NCBI GenBank assembly: GCA_963701095.1
Contig: OY969564.1
Location: 1,696,001 to 1,760,000, forward strand
DNA length: 64,000 nucleotides
Direction: 5' to 3'
Source of the DNA: an uncultured Methanoregulaceae archaeon
GTDB lineage: Archaea; Halobacteriota; Methanomicrobia; Methanomicrobiales; Methanospirillaceae
Both the position numbers and the translations under genes were made by a program. Below are positions 1 to 8,687 of this stretch, piece by piece; position 1 is the first letter of the stretch; the number at the start of each line of letters is the position of its first letter. The notes below the pieces were generated by a model that was not told the origin of the DNA, searched no databases, and was given only the letters and a program-made list of their open reading frames with translations.

Positions 1-62
1 GCGACGCTTCGACCACGCGGATACGGTACATCCTCGATAACATCGGGGTGAAAAAAGCATGA
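1..62 (+). CDS. 3' end of an upstream CDS (partial, ...DASTTRIRYILDNIGVKKA*)
   Basis: Open frame from nt 3 to TGA at 60-62, overlapping the next ATG (ATGA), typical of translational coupling. Confidence 0.55.
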   Translation, partial: DASTTRIRYILDNIGVKKA

Positions 63-1345
63 AGTTCCGTAGCTTCGGTATTGGAATCTTCATCGTATGC
101 CTGCTTCTCACGGTGCAGGTATGTAGTGCATATCCTACTGGTGATTATTCCAAAGTGCTTATCCTCCACCTTACCTTCAGCAACGGGACAATAAACGATC
201 AATCGGTAGAGATGCAGTACGGTCATCCCCCAACCCTTGGATTCCAGACCGGGAACATACGCGGCACCCTTAAAACATCCGGGGGGGTGGTTCTCCAGGA
301 GTTTGATCTCTCTGATCCAAGGTACCAGTTAAGTGATGAGGGGGTGCTCACCTACTCTGATACTGCTGATTTCACCATTGTCGTCCCCTATTACCCAGGG
401 GAGATGTCCCTTGATCTCACAGACACGAGTACTGGGACACTCCTGAAAACCGTGAATTTTTTGGGTGCCATTAATCAGTTTCAGGTAAAGTACCCGAACG
501 ATCCTGATATGGTAACAAACCCTGGCACGCAGTCTTTGGTTGCAGGGCCGCTTCCCGTTTCACAACCCGGGGCATTAGGTTCTGTCATGACCCTTTTGCA
601 GGCAACGATGTTTTCCTCCTCTGTGTTTCTTGAAGCGGCTATAACAATCTGGATTCTCCGCTGGATAACTGAAAAACGAAAACAGAAAAAGCAGGTTGTG
701 CTCATAGTCGATGATGATCCACTCATTGTTGACGCTATGGGCACATACCTAAACAAAAAGGGATATGCGACCCTTAAAGCATTCAGCGGGAAGGAATGTC
801 TCGATATCCTGAAAATCAGGATTGCCGATGTCATACTTCTTGATGTCCTCATGCAGCCGATGGATGGATGGCAGACCCTCGAACAAATAAAGAAAAATCC
901 CGTTACCCGATCAATCCCGGTGCTCATGCTGACGGGAAAAGAACTCACTGCTACTGAGGCGAAGCAATACAATCTCCAAATCGACGACTATATCATGAAA
1001 CCCTTCAAGCTGGCTGATATCTACACAGCAGTTGATAATATCCTCAAGGAAAAACAGAAAATGATGGAGACACTTCTCTTGATGAAACAGGCTGGTATAG
1101 AGAGGGAGAAGTTCTGTGAATTTGCAAGCCTCACCAGGCGCATAACTATCAACAAAAAGATACTTGAAATACTGGATGTGCCTCAGGCTTCAATTACTTC
1201 GGCGAATTTGGATGCCCTCGACGATATGCTGGTTGTGGATTATATTAACGTAAAAACGAGCATTAACGAGAAGCGCGTGGAAGAACTTCAAAATGAGATC
1301 AATACTACACTCAAATCCAAAGGGCTTCCGGAACTTTCCTGGTAA
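59..1345 (+). CDS. Membrane-anchored response regulator: signal peptide, extracellular domain, TM helix, REC domain, C-terminal helical domain
   Basis: Hydrophobic N-terminus ending VCSA; TM segment followed by KRKQKK; REC motifs VLIVDDD, DVILLDVLMQPMDG, MLTG, YIMKPF. Confidence 0.8.
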   Translation: MKFRSFGIGIFIVCLLLTVQVCSAYPTGDYSKVLILHLTFSNGTINDQSVEMQYGHPPTLGFQTGNIRGTLKTSGGVVLQEFDLSDPRYQLSDEGVLTYSDTADFTIVVPYYPGEMSLDLTDTSTGTLLKTVNFLGAINQFQVKYPNDPDMVTNPGTQSLVAGPLPVSQPGALGSVMTLLQATMFSSSVFLEAAITIWILRWITEKRKQKKQVVLIVDDDPLIVDAMGTYLNKKGYATLKAFSGKECLDILKIRIADVILLDVLMQPMDGWQTLEQIKKNPVTRSIPVLMLTGKELTATEAKQYNLQIDDYIMKPFKLADIYTAVDNILKEKQKMMETLLLMKQAGIEREKFCEFASLTRRITINKKILEILDVPQASITSANLDALDDMLVVDYINVKTSINEKRVEELQNEINTTLKSKGLPELSW

Positions 1346-1431
1346 CAGGATACTACGGCAATCTCTTTCTTAGTGGGGGAGACTATTTTTCTCACTCAAA
1401 AAGATGATATCCGGATTTATTTATGGTTCTT

Positions 1432-2166
1432 TTACACTCGCTTTTTTTTATCCCAATCGAAATAGACAAGGCTTCCACCAATTAAGAGGCCTGCAAGGAC
1501 AATTAAAAGGAGGATATAAATGCTCCATCCGGCGATACTCCTGACTCCTGTACTCGCTCCAAACGCTGGTTGTACCTGAGTTCCGGATACTCCCGGCTGT
1601 TCCTGTGGGACTTGTGTAGGAGTATTTAACGGTCCCATAGGTGGTGCTAGCAATGGGCCAAGATTCGGGAACGGCGCCGGTGCTTCAACAACACCACCGT
1701 AGCTCGCGTATCCGTTACTTCTTCCTCCGTTACTTCCACCGCCGTTCGTAGTGGGTGTAGGGGTGGGAAGAGCTAATGTCTGGAATGTGGAATCGGTACT
1801 GGAGTACATATCACCCGCCAGATTGGCAGATACGAGCTGAAAGTGATATATCGTATTGGAGGACAGACCGCTCAGCGTTATTGAGTGGTTGGTCACCATG
1901 AGCGCGTCGGAACTCGCAGAACCGTAGCTGGAGGTTGTCCCGTACTCTATGGTGCTGTTTGCAGCACCGTTCGTTTGCCAGGAAAGTGTCGCGTCGCTGG
2001 TATCAATTCCGGTGACAGATATGTTGTAAATAACCAACGGGATGTTACCCGTTATCGCCACGGGACCGGAATTCTGGGCATTGGCCGGAAACGCCGTTAA
2101 AATCGTAGCTGTAAGACAAAAACAGCATATGATGAAAAAAATAAGAGATTTTTTTTTTCGGGTCAT
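1432..2166 (-). CDS. Secreted, C-terminally anchored protein with an FN3/purple-acid-phosphatase-N-like domain
   Basis: Signal peptide (..PANA); ATLSWQTN..STIEYGTT..HSITLSGLSSNTIYHFQL FN3-like pattern; PT/G/P-rich linker; C-terminal TM plus KKKRV. Confidence 0.75.
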   Translation of the reverse strand: MTRKKKSLIFFIICCFCLTATILTAFPANAQNSGPVAITGNIPLVIYNISVTGIDTSDATLSWQTNGAANSTIEYGTTSSYGSASSDALMVTNHSITLSGLSSNTIYHFQLVSANLAGDMYSSTDSTFQTLALPTPTPTTNGGGSNGGRSNGYASYGGVVEAPAPFPNLGPLLAPPMGPLNTPTQVPQEQPGVSGTQVQPAFGASTGVRSIAGWSIYILLLIVLAGLLIGGSLVYFDWDKKKRV

Positions 2167-3529
2167 TTCCGTAGCCTTGCAATGCCGCTAACAATGATAG
2201 CTGTTGCAGCGAGTGCTAAAATATTCAGTACCCGGGAACGGAAGCCTGCGTGGGTGACAAACTTGTTGGGGAGGAGACCATGACTGCCCATATACTCAGG
2301 TGGTTCGTTGTCGCTGTTAATGTCATATCCTTTGTGTTCACCTGTGTGGGCAGGACAACCCACTGACTTTGCACCACATCCCAGTATGAAAGTTTCAGCT
2401 GGGACGCGTCTCCGTTAGCAGCTGTAAGATCGTCTGAGGAATATTTTACCTTGACCGAGGCATCTTTGTTGAGCAGTCCTGACAGGCCAGTTATCTCAAA
2501 ACTGGAGGCCCCCAGTTTTGCGCCGGAAGGTGCAGGGCTGAGCTCGTCTTTTGAATACGGTCCCAGCGTGACAACCACATTACTAAGAACAGATCCTTGG
2601 GGGAATGAAACTGAATACCGTCCATCTGGCGACAGTAAGGTAGCTGAGCTGCCGGGAGTTACTGTTATACTCGATTCCGTTGCAGGAGGAATATAATTTG
2701 TCTGAACAGTGAATGTGGTTTTATTTTCATCGAGGACTTGTCCCCCCAGAAGAACTTGTGATTCTACTGAATAGGTTCCTGGCTGCAGGTTTTGCACATT
2801 GGGTTGCGCAACAAACTGAACCGTGTTTCCCGGAATAATTGCGTATACCATCGGCGTTGTTGAAACATTGGCGATAAAAGAGCCGTTTGAATCAGTCACA
2901 GTGACTTCGTTACTGGCACCGTAATAATGATAGTTACCGGTATTTTTGAATGTTGTGGTAATAGTAATTGGCTGACCGATGGTTATGGCACCTGTATCAA
3001 TCCCAAGGATACTGCCCGTTTCAAAGGGTGTCGTTCCGGTAACCGTAATGAAGACTGGCACATTAATTGCCGTCGAAAGGGATGTTCCTGGTCCTGGAAG
3101 GGAACGGATATTGATGATCGCGTACCTGCCGCCCGGACCTACATTCTGCGGGAGATTTATCGATGCCGTTATGCTCTGTGGGATACCGGGCGCCAGATGG
3201 ATTGTTGAATTATCGAGGGTGATAAAACTCCGGGCTGAATAAGGGTTTAGATCATTAACCGGATCCAATGGCATATAAATTCCATCAGGATTCTGTCCGA
3301 ATCCCTCCACTTCTGCCATCACATCAGTAGCTTGCTCATCAGCCCCAATACTTATGGTCACCATATGGGTATCCGACCCACCGGGAGCGATGCTCCCCGT
3401 GTACTTTGCACCTGACACGCCAAGTGCCGCTACCGGCGTCAGACAGAGAACCAATAGAATTACAAAGACAGAAATTGCGATCTTCGTCGATCTTAAGGAT
3501 TGTTGCGCATTTGTCATATTATACCTCAT
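2163..3529 (-). CDS. DUF916/DUF3324-like (WxL-interacting/chaperone-like) secreted protein with a ZU5/GAIN-like domain and C-terminal TM; 1-nt frameshift near 2231
   Basis: Two Ig-like domains (IHLAPG..SINLPQNVGPGGRY; FKNTGNYH..IIPG..PGTY), then a domain ending TTNHLSIWAV. Adding one base in the C-run at 2231-2233 gives ...SVPGVLNILALAATAIIVSGIARLRK*, whose stop overlaps the next ATG (2163-2166). Confidence 0.7.
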
Positions 3530-3650
3530 TTTTCGTTCTAACCACTACCAACACAACATCGGGGATTTCTGAACATGCGCTTTCATAATGAATTACGATG
3601 GGGAGGTGATATAAAATAAAAAGGTCATCGGGGTATTTAGGCGCTCGGTT

Positions 3651-4211
3651 TTATGGATACGTGAGGGTGAACGTCAGATCGATCCTATAGTTATTACCAG
3701 TTGGTAGTATTGGATCAGTATACGCAACCGGCTGGGTAAACGTATTGGGAGAGAGCAGCTGGTTGGTGACTGCTGCACTTCCTGAATAGAGAGTTGCCCC
3801 ACTGGTTATAGGGGGGGTAATAGAGTTCGTAGAGGTTGTACTGTTCGCGGTTCCGGCTAACCCTATAGGCGATGCTAAGTCTGTGAGCGGAGATAACACA
3901 TAATTACCGGCGGTCCAGTTCCCCATATATCCTTGCTTTGAAGGGCGCCCGGTATTATCTGAAACCGAAATGGTCCATGAACCTTCGTTGGCCGTAACAA
4001 TTATTCCAAGTGTTGAATTAGTTGCAGACGAACCGGGGGTCATTGGAGTCATATTTATCGCGGATTCATTCAGCGTGAGCGCAGCGTATGATGTGGGATT
4101 CCCCATAACGGCGGCGCCACCACTCGAAGTCCCTCCCGCTGAAACCGGCCCTGTTATCAACGCGAAAACAGTTGCCAGAAGTATCCCAATAACCAATATT
4201 TTTGATTTCAT
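3651..4211 (-). CDS. Small secreted WxL-like protein (putative fibre/shaft subunit)
   Basis: Signal peptide (..PVSA); internal GSWTISVSD and terminal YRIDLTFTLTYP resemble the two WxL-domain motifs (GWxLxV; YxxxLTWTL..P). Confidence 0.65.
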   Translation of the reverse strand: MKSKILVIGILLATVFALITGPVSAGGTSSGGAAVMGNPTSYAALTLNESAINMTPMTPGSSATNSTLGIIVTANEGSWTISVSDNTGRPSKQGYMGNWTAGNYVLSPLTDLASPIGLAGTANSTTSTNSITPPITSGATLYSGSAAVTNQLLSPNTFTQPVAYTDPILPTGNNYRIDLTFTLTYP

Positions 4212-4235
4212 GTGCTAAAATGCGCGGAATTACTT

Positions 4236-4243
4236 TATATAAA
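4236..4243 (-). promoter_or_regulatory. Archaeal TATA box for the small WxL-like gene
   Basis: TTTATATA on the minus strand 25 nt upstream of the ATG at 4211, implying a nearly leaderless transcript. Confidence 0.6.
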
Positions 4244-4287
4244 TTTAGGTGAAAATAAGGCCCCGGCTTCTTTTAAAGGACTCGACC

Positions 4288-6492
4288 TTATGGATACGTG
4301 AGTGTGAACGTTAGATCTATTCTATAGGTATCGGGATTTGGCAGGATTGGATCGGCATATGCCACCGGTTGTGTGAAAATATTGGGAGTGAGAAGCTGGT
4401 TAGTGACTGCCCCACTACCTGAATAGAGAAGTGACCCACTGTATATGGGTGTAGTCGCATTCTGCCCGGTTGTTACACTCCCTGTACTGTTCGTGGTTCC
4501 GGCTAATTGAAGAGGTGAAGATAACGTCGTATTCAGGGGGTACGTGAAATAAATACCGGCGCTGTAGTTTCCTAAATAACCTTTCCTGGAAGTGCGCCCG
4601 GTATTATCGGAAATTGAAATGGTCCATCCGCCTTCGTTGGCTGTGACTGTTATTCCAAGTGATCCATTCGTTGCAGACAGTCCCGGGGTCATGGGGTTCA
4701 GGAGTATCGTGGATTCATTCAAAATGAGCGCGGCATATGCATTGCTCGTGATATAATTCAATTGTGTTGTACTATTGGAATAATAGGGGTTGGAAGCCGA
4801 TTCGGTGACGTAAAAAGTACCTTCTGAACTATACACGTGAGTGGCGTTAAACGTATATATTGTTGAAGTGTTCGTAAATTGTCCATCACCCCATGTCCAG
4901 TTAACCCAGGTTGCATTATTGTTTACAGAAGTTAGGTTGAACTGGACAGTGAACGGAAATATTCCCGAAGTTGGGGTTCCTGTGAACCCGGAAACCGTTT
5001 GATGGTAAAGTTGTACGTATCCGATTTTAGAGCTAGACCCGTAGACGTTTGCGACTTTCCATGTAACGGTATAATTGCTTCCGCCTGAATAGGTATGTGT
5101 AATATTTGTTGCTGGAAAAGTAGTTGCGTTATACCATCCGCCATCCCCAAATGAAACATTCCATTGTGTCGGAGAATTTGTTGAGGTATCATTGAACATA
5201 ACAATCAAAGGATCGACGCCGGATGTAACATTTGCAATAAAATTTGCAACAGGGATTGACCCAGCAGTAACATTAATAAACGTGGCATTTTTGAATGTGT
5301 TTGATCCACCGAGATTCTTTTCAGTCAAATTTACGGAATAATTACCAATGCCAAATGTCCATACCGGGTTTTGCGTGGTGGCAAAATTCGTCCACGTATT
5401 GTTTCCCGTAACATTATTAAATCCCCATTGAAAAGCGGTTCCTGCGGGATTCGATGTATCGTTAAAACTAACTGCTAGTGGTGAAAATCCGGAAGTTACA
5501 TTCATGGTAAACGATACGACAGGCAACTTCGTGTAACTGACAATAATTACCCCGGAAGCTCCACTGCCTCCTGCTGTTGTATTCTCATAACCGCCACCAC
5601 CACCGCCACTCCCTGTCGATGCGGTAGCTGCGGTTGGAAAGGTTGTGTTGGTTCCGCCAGTGCCACCAATAACCGAACCCCCGGCTCCCGCAGTCGTGTT
5701 TCCGCCTCCGCCCCCACCGGCACCGTAAAAGATTGCTGATCCTGTGATGCTGTTACTCACCCCGGCCCCACCTGCTCCACCAGCAGTTGTAGTTCCTGTC
5801 CCTCCTTTTGCGCCGGCTCCCCCGCCACCCCCGGCGCCAAAACGCGTGACTCCAGAAGCGGTCCCGCCGGCAAATCCATACGCGGTTCCGCCACCCGAGC
5901 TTCCTAAACTTGCCTGGGTAGTAGCCCCTCCAGCACCGCCGTGTGTTCCACCGCCTCCTGAACCACCAGAACCTCCCGCTGTTGAACTTGTTGCTGATGC
6001 GCCCCAACCACCACCTATCGTGAGGATCGTATTGAACGAAGAGTTCATGCCATTTACACCATGGGATGCATTGGCTGCTCCCCCGGTACCTCCGCTACCT
6101 ACAAAAAGATTGAGAAGACTTCCGCCGGTGACCGCATAAGATACTGCATAGACAGCCCCCCCGCCACCGCCACCGCCACCACAGGTGGCGGACGCATTAC
6201 TGCTGCCGCCTCCACTAGCACCCCCGGCTACAACGAGAACGGATAGATTGGAAAGCCCGGTAGGTACTGTCCACGAAGATGATCCCGTGGCATTCCACAT
6301 AATGAGATTTTGATTGCCGTTGGTTGCTGTCCAGCACCCATTGGCTGATGTCCACGTAACTGCGCTCACCGACTGGACACAAACCGTAAAAAGACAACCT
6401 GCCAGAAAAATCCAGATCGCGAGGGTCGCAATTAAGTTACCTTCCAAACTTTTTCGGGCGTTTATTTTTGTTTTCAGGTTAGTCTTTCTCAT
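4288..6492 (-). CDS. Large secreted protein: glycine-rich domain, 3 PKD domains, C-terminal WxL-like domain (putative adhesin)
   Basis: Signal peptide (..SVSA); VLVVAGG..GGGGGG Gly-rich domain; PKD repeats (PLAVSFNDTS, PLIVMFNDTS..WNVSFGDG, WTWGDG); last ~150 aa paralogous to 3651-4088; many N-x-S/T sequons. Confidence 0.8.
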   Translation of the reverse strand: MRKTNLKTKINARKSLEGNLIATLAIWIFLAGCLFTVCVQSVSAVTWTSANGCWTATNGNQNLIMWNATGSSSWTVPTGLSNLSVLVVAGGASGGGSSNASATCGGGGGGGGAVYAVSYAVTGGSLLNLFVGSGGTGGAANASHGVNGMNSSFNTILTIGGGWGASATSSTAGGSGGSGGGGTHGGAGGATTQASLGSSGGGTAYGFAGGTASGVTRFGAGGGGGAGAKGGTGTTTAGGAGGAGVSNSITGSAIFYGAGGGGGGNTTAGAGGSVIGGTGGTNTTFPTAATASTGSGGGGGGYENTTAGGSGASGVIIVSYTKLPVVSFTMNVTSGFSPLAVSFNDTSNPAGTAFQWGFNNVTGNNTWTNFATTQNPVWTFGIGNYSVNLTEKNLGGSNTFKNATFINVTAGSIPVANFIANVTSGVDPLIVMFNDTSTNSPTQWNVSFGDGGWYNATTFPATNITHTYSGGSNYTVTWKVANVYGSSSKIGYVQLYHQTVSGFTGTPTSGIFPFTVQFNLTSVNNNATWVNWTWGDGQFTNTSTIYTFNATHVYSSEGTFYVTESASNPYYSNSTTQLNYITSNAYAALILNESTILLNPMTPGLSATNGSLGITVTANEGGWTISISDNTGRTSRKGYLGNYSAGIYFTYPLNTTLSSPLQLAGTTNSTGSVTTGQNATTPIYSGSLLYSGSGAVTNQLLTPNIFTQPVAYADPILPNPDTYRIDLTFTLTYP

Positions 6493-6754
6493 TCAATCTC
6501 CAATGGGGCATCTAATCCGGCATTGAAAACTCCATGGAAATCAACATCGCCGTAATGGGAAATTAATCTAATAACACTCGTTCTATGAGTTTTTACTCTT
6601 TTCATTTTATCCATTGAGATTATATTATTATTTTGTGTGTTTCCTGATTGCCGTTAGAATATCCTCTTTGACATAATAGAGTCGTACAATATTTTTATCG
6701 CATGACAAATGAACAGAACCATAGCCAAAGCCCCATAGACCCGGAGTCTCAACG

Positions 6755-8242
6755 ATGCTCAAAAATGTCCTTAATCCGAAGAATTGCATCGATAAAAAGG
6801 TGTTTGAAAAAAAGATCGTGTCCATTCAGGAACGCTTGGGTGCCATCCAGCGGGCCCTTCGTGAGGCCCATATACCGGTCATTATTGTCATGGAAGGCTG
6901 GGACGCGGCGGGAATCACCCACTCGACCAAGGAGGTGATCGAGTCACTCGATCCCCGAGGCTTTACCCTCAACACCATTATGCAGCCTACTGATGACGAA
7001 CGGGTTAGGCCATTTATGTGGCGATTCTGGATCCGGACACCGCCAAAAGGACGCATTGCACTCTTTGCCCGGAGTTGGTACAGCCGTGCAATCTCTGCGG
7101 AGATGCAGAGAACCAGCTGGACGAAATCATTAGAGGGAGGGATCATCTCGATCAATAACTTCGAACAACAACTGGCCGATGACGGGACGATCATCATCAA
7201 GTTCTTTTTGCATATTGACAAAGTAGAGCAGAAACACCGTTTCGAAGAACGGGAAAAAAATCCACTGAGCGCGTGGCTTGTGACTCCTGCACTCTGGAAT
7301 CTGCATAATGCGTACGATCTCTCGTTCCCGGTTATTGATCACTTCATTGAAGAGACCAACACAGCCTTCGCACCTTGGCACGTGATCGATGCGACCGACC
7401 AGAACTTTGCGGTTCTGGAGATTTATGCGACACTGATAAAAACCTTGGAAAAAACATTGAATGACCGGGCAAACGGAAAAACAATACGACACAATGAACC
7501 GCTCCTGCCAAAAAAACACCCGCTGAAAAGAAAGACCGCGAACCGGACACAAGACATATCCTGCGTAAAAAAGGAATGTATCCCGATCGTTGATCATCTC
7601 CAAGAAGAGATGTTACGGACCCAGGCACTTCTTTACAAGCGTAAGATCCCACTTATAATTTTGTATGAGGGCTGGGATGCCGCCGGTAAGGGCGGCAATA
7701 TCACACGGATTTCCCGGCATATGAACCCCCGGGGGTATGACGTGATCCCGGTGATTGCTCCAGACGCTACGGAACAGAGTCACCATTATTTCTGGCGTTT
7801 TATTAATTATTTCCCAAAGGCCGGCCACATTGCGATTTTCGATCGGAGCTGGTATGGCCGCGTTCTTGTAGAACGGGTAGAGGGTTACTGTACAGAATGC
7901 GAGTGGAAGCGGGCATATAGGGAGATCAACGATATGGAAGCGGATTTTATTTATTCAACCGGCGGAGGGATATTGAAATTCTGGCTTGAGATAAGCAAAG
8001 AAGAACAGCTCAAACGCTTCAACCAGCGTAAAAGTGATCCGCTCAAGCAGCATAAGATCACAGAAGACGATTGGAGAAACCGGGAAAAATGGGATCAATA
8101 CGAAGTTGCAATCGATGAAATGCTAGCCCGGACCAATACAAAAATCGCGCCATGGACCGTAATCGGATCGGATGACAAATGGACAGCCCGGGTTAAGAGT
8201 ATCGAGGCAGTCACTTCGTATTGCAAGAAACTGCTGGAATGA
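6755..8242 (+). CDS. pap: Polyphosphate:AMP phosphotransferase (tandem PPK2 domains)
   Basis: Two PPK2 domains: EGWDAAG..DPRGF..RSWY and EGWDAAGKGG..DRSWYGRVLVERVEG. Confidence 0.9.
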   Translation: MLKNVLNPKNCIDKKVFEKKIVSIQERLGAIQRALREAHIPVIIVMEGWDAAGITHSTKEVIESLDPRGFTLNTIMQPTDDERVRPFMWRFWIRTPPKGRIALFARSWYSRAISAEMQRTSWTKSLEGGIISINNFEQQLADDGTIIIKFFLHIDKVEQKHRFEEREKNPLSAWLVTPALWNLHNAYDLSFPVIDHFIEETNTAFAPWHVIDATDQNFAVLEIYATLIKTLEKTLNDRANGKTIRHNEPLLPKKHPLKRKTANRTQDISCVKKECIPIVDHLQEEMLRTQALLYKRKIPLIILYEGWDAAGKGGNITRISRHMNPRGYDVIPVIAPDATEQSHHYFWRFINYFPKAGHIAIFDRSWYGRVLVERVEGYCTECEWKRAYREINDMEADFIYSTGGGILKFWLEISKEEQLKRFNQRKSDPLKQHKITEDDWRNREKWDQYEVAIDEMLARTNTKIAPWTVIGSDDKWTARVKSIEAVTSYCKKLLE

Positions 8243-8302
8243 GGGGGTTGGAGAAGATTACTATCAACAGTATATTCTCAAAAAAAAGTTTGTCTGGTCT
8301 TA

Positions 8303-8680
8303 TCAGCTTTCTGCCGGGGCAGGTTCCTTCTTTCTCGGTCCGGAGACGGTTACCTTCATAATACCAGCCCGGGCGGTCATCGCAGCCGTATACTGTGTAT
8401 CCATCGCGAGGCATTTTGTCGGGCAGACTTCGACGCAGCAGTTGCATACGATGCAACGGAGCCGGTCAATCTGCCAGGTCTTCTCCTTGACCTCTACGCA
8501 GATAGCCTGCGTCGGACACTTTCGTTGGCAGGACCGGCACGTGATACAACCATCCGGATTGATTGTTACATGCCCACGGGTGAGATGCGTCTTCTTTGCA
8601 GGCTTCGCCGGGTACATTAGGGTTGCAGGGTGGGAAAACAGGTTTTTTATCACCGTCTTTGTCATCTCAAAATAGGTCAT
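8303..8680 (-). CDS. echF: Ech hydrogenase subunit F (2x[4Fe-4S])
   Basis: CITCRSCQRKCP and CIVCNCCVEVCP; last gene of the ech operon; start taken at MTYFEM. Confidence 0.9.
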   Translation of the reverse strand: MTYFEMTKTVIKNLFSHPATLMYPAKPAKKTHLTRGHVTINPDGCITCRSCQRKCPTQAICVEVKEKTWQIDRLRCIVCNCCVEVCPTKCLAMDTQYTAAMTARAGIMKVTVSGPRKKEPAPAES

Positions 8681-8687
8681 GGCCGTT

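Larger units (their letters stand above)
3651..4737. repeat. Diverged direct duplication of the WxL-like domain (3651-4088 vs 4288-4737)
   Basis: Both copies begin ttatggatacgtgag.gtgaacgt.agatc on the + strand; about two-thirds amino-acid identity by hand alignment. Confidence 0.85.

Noticed and set aside
5744..6139. Pro-rich ORF on the + strand
   Set aside because: Antisense shadow of the Gly codons of the large surface protein.
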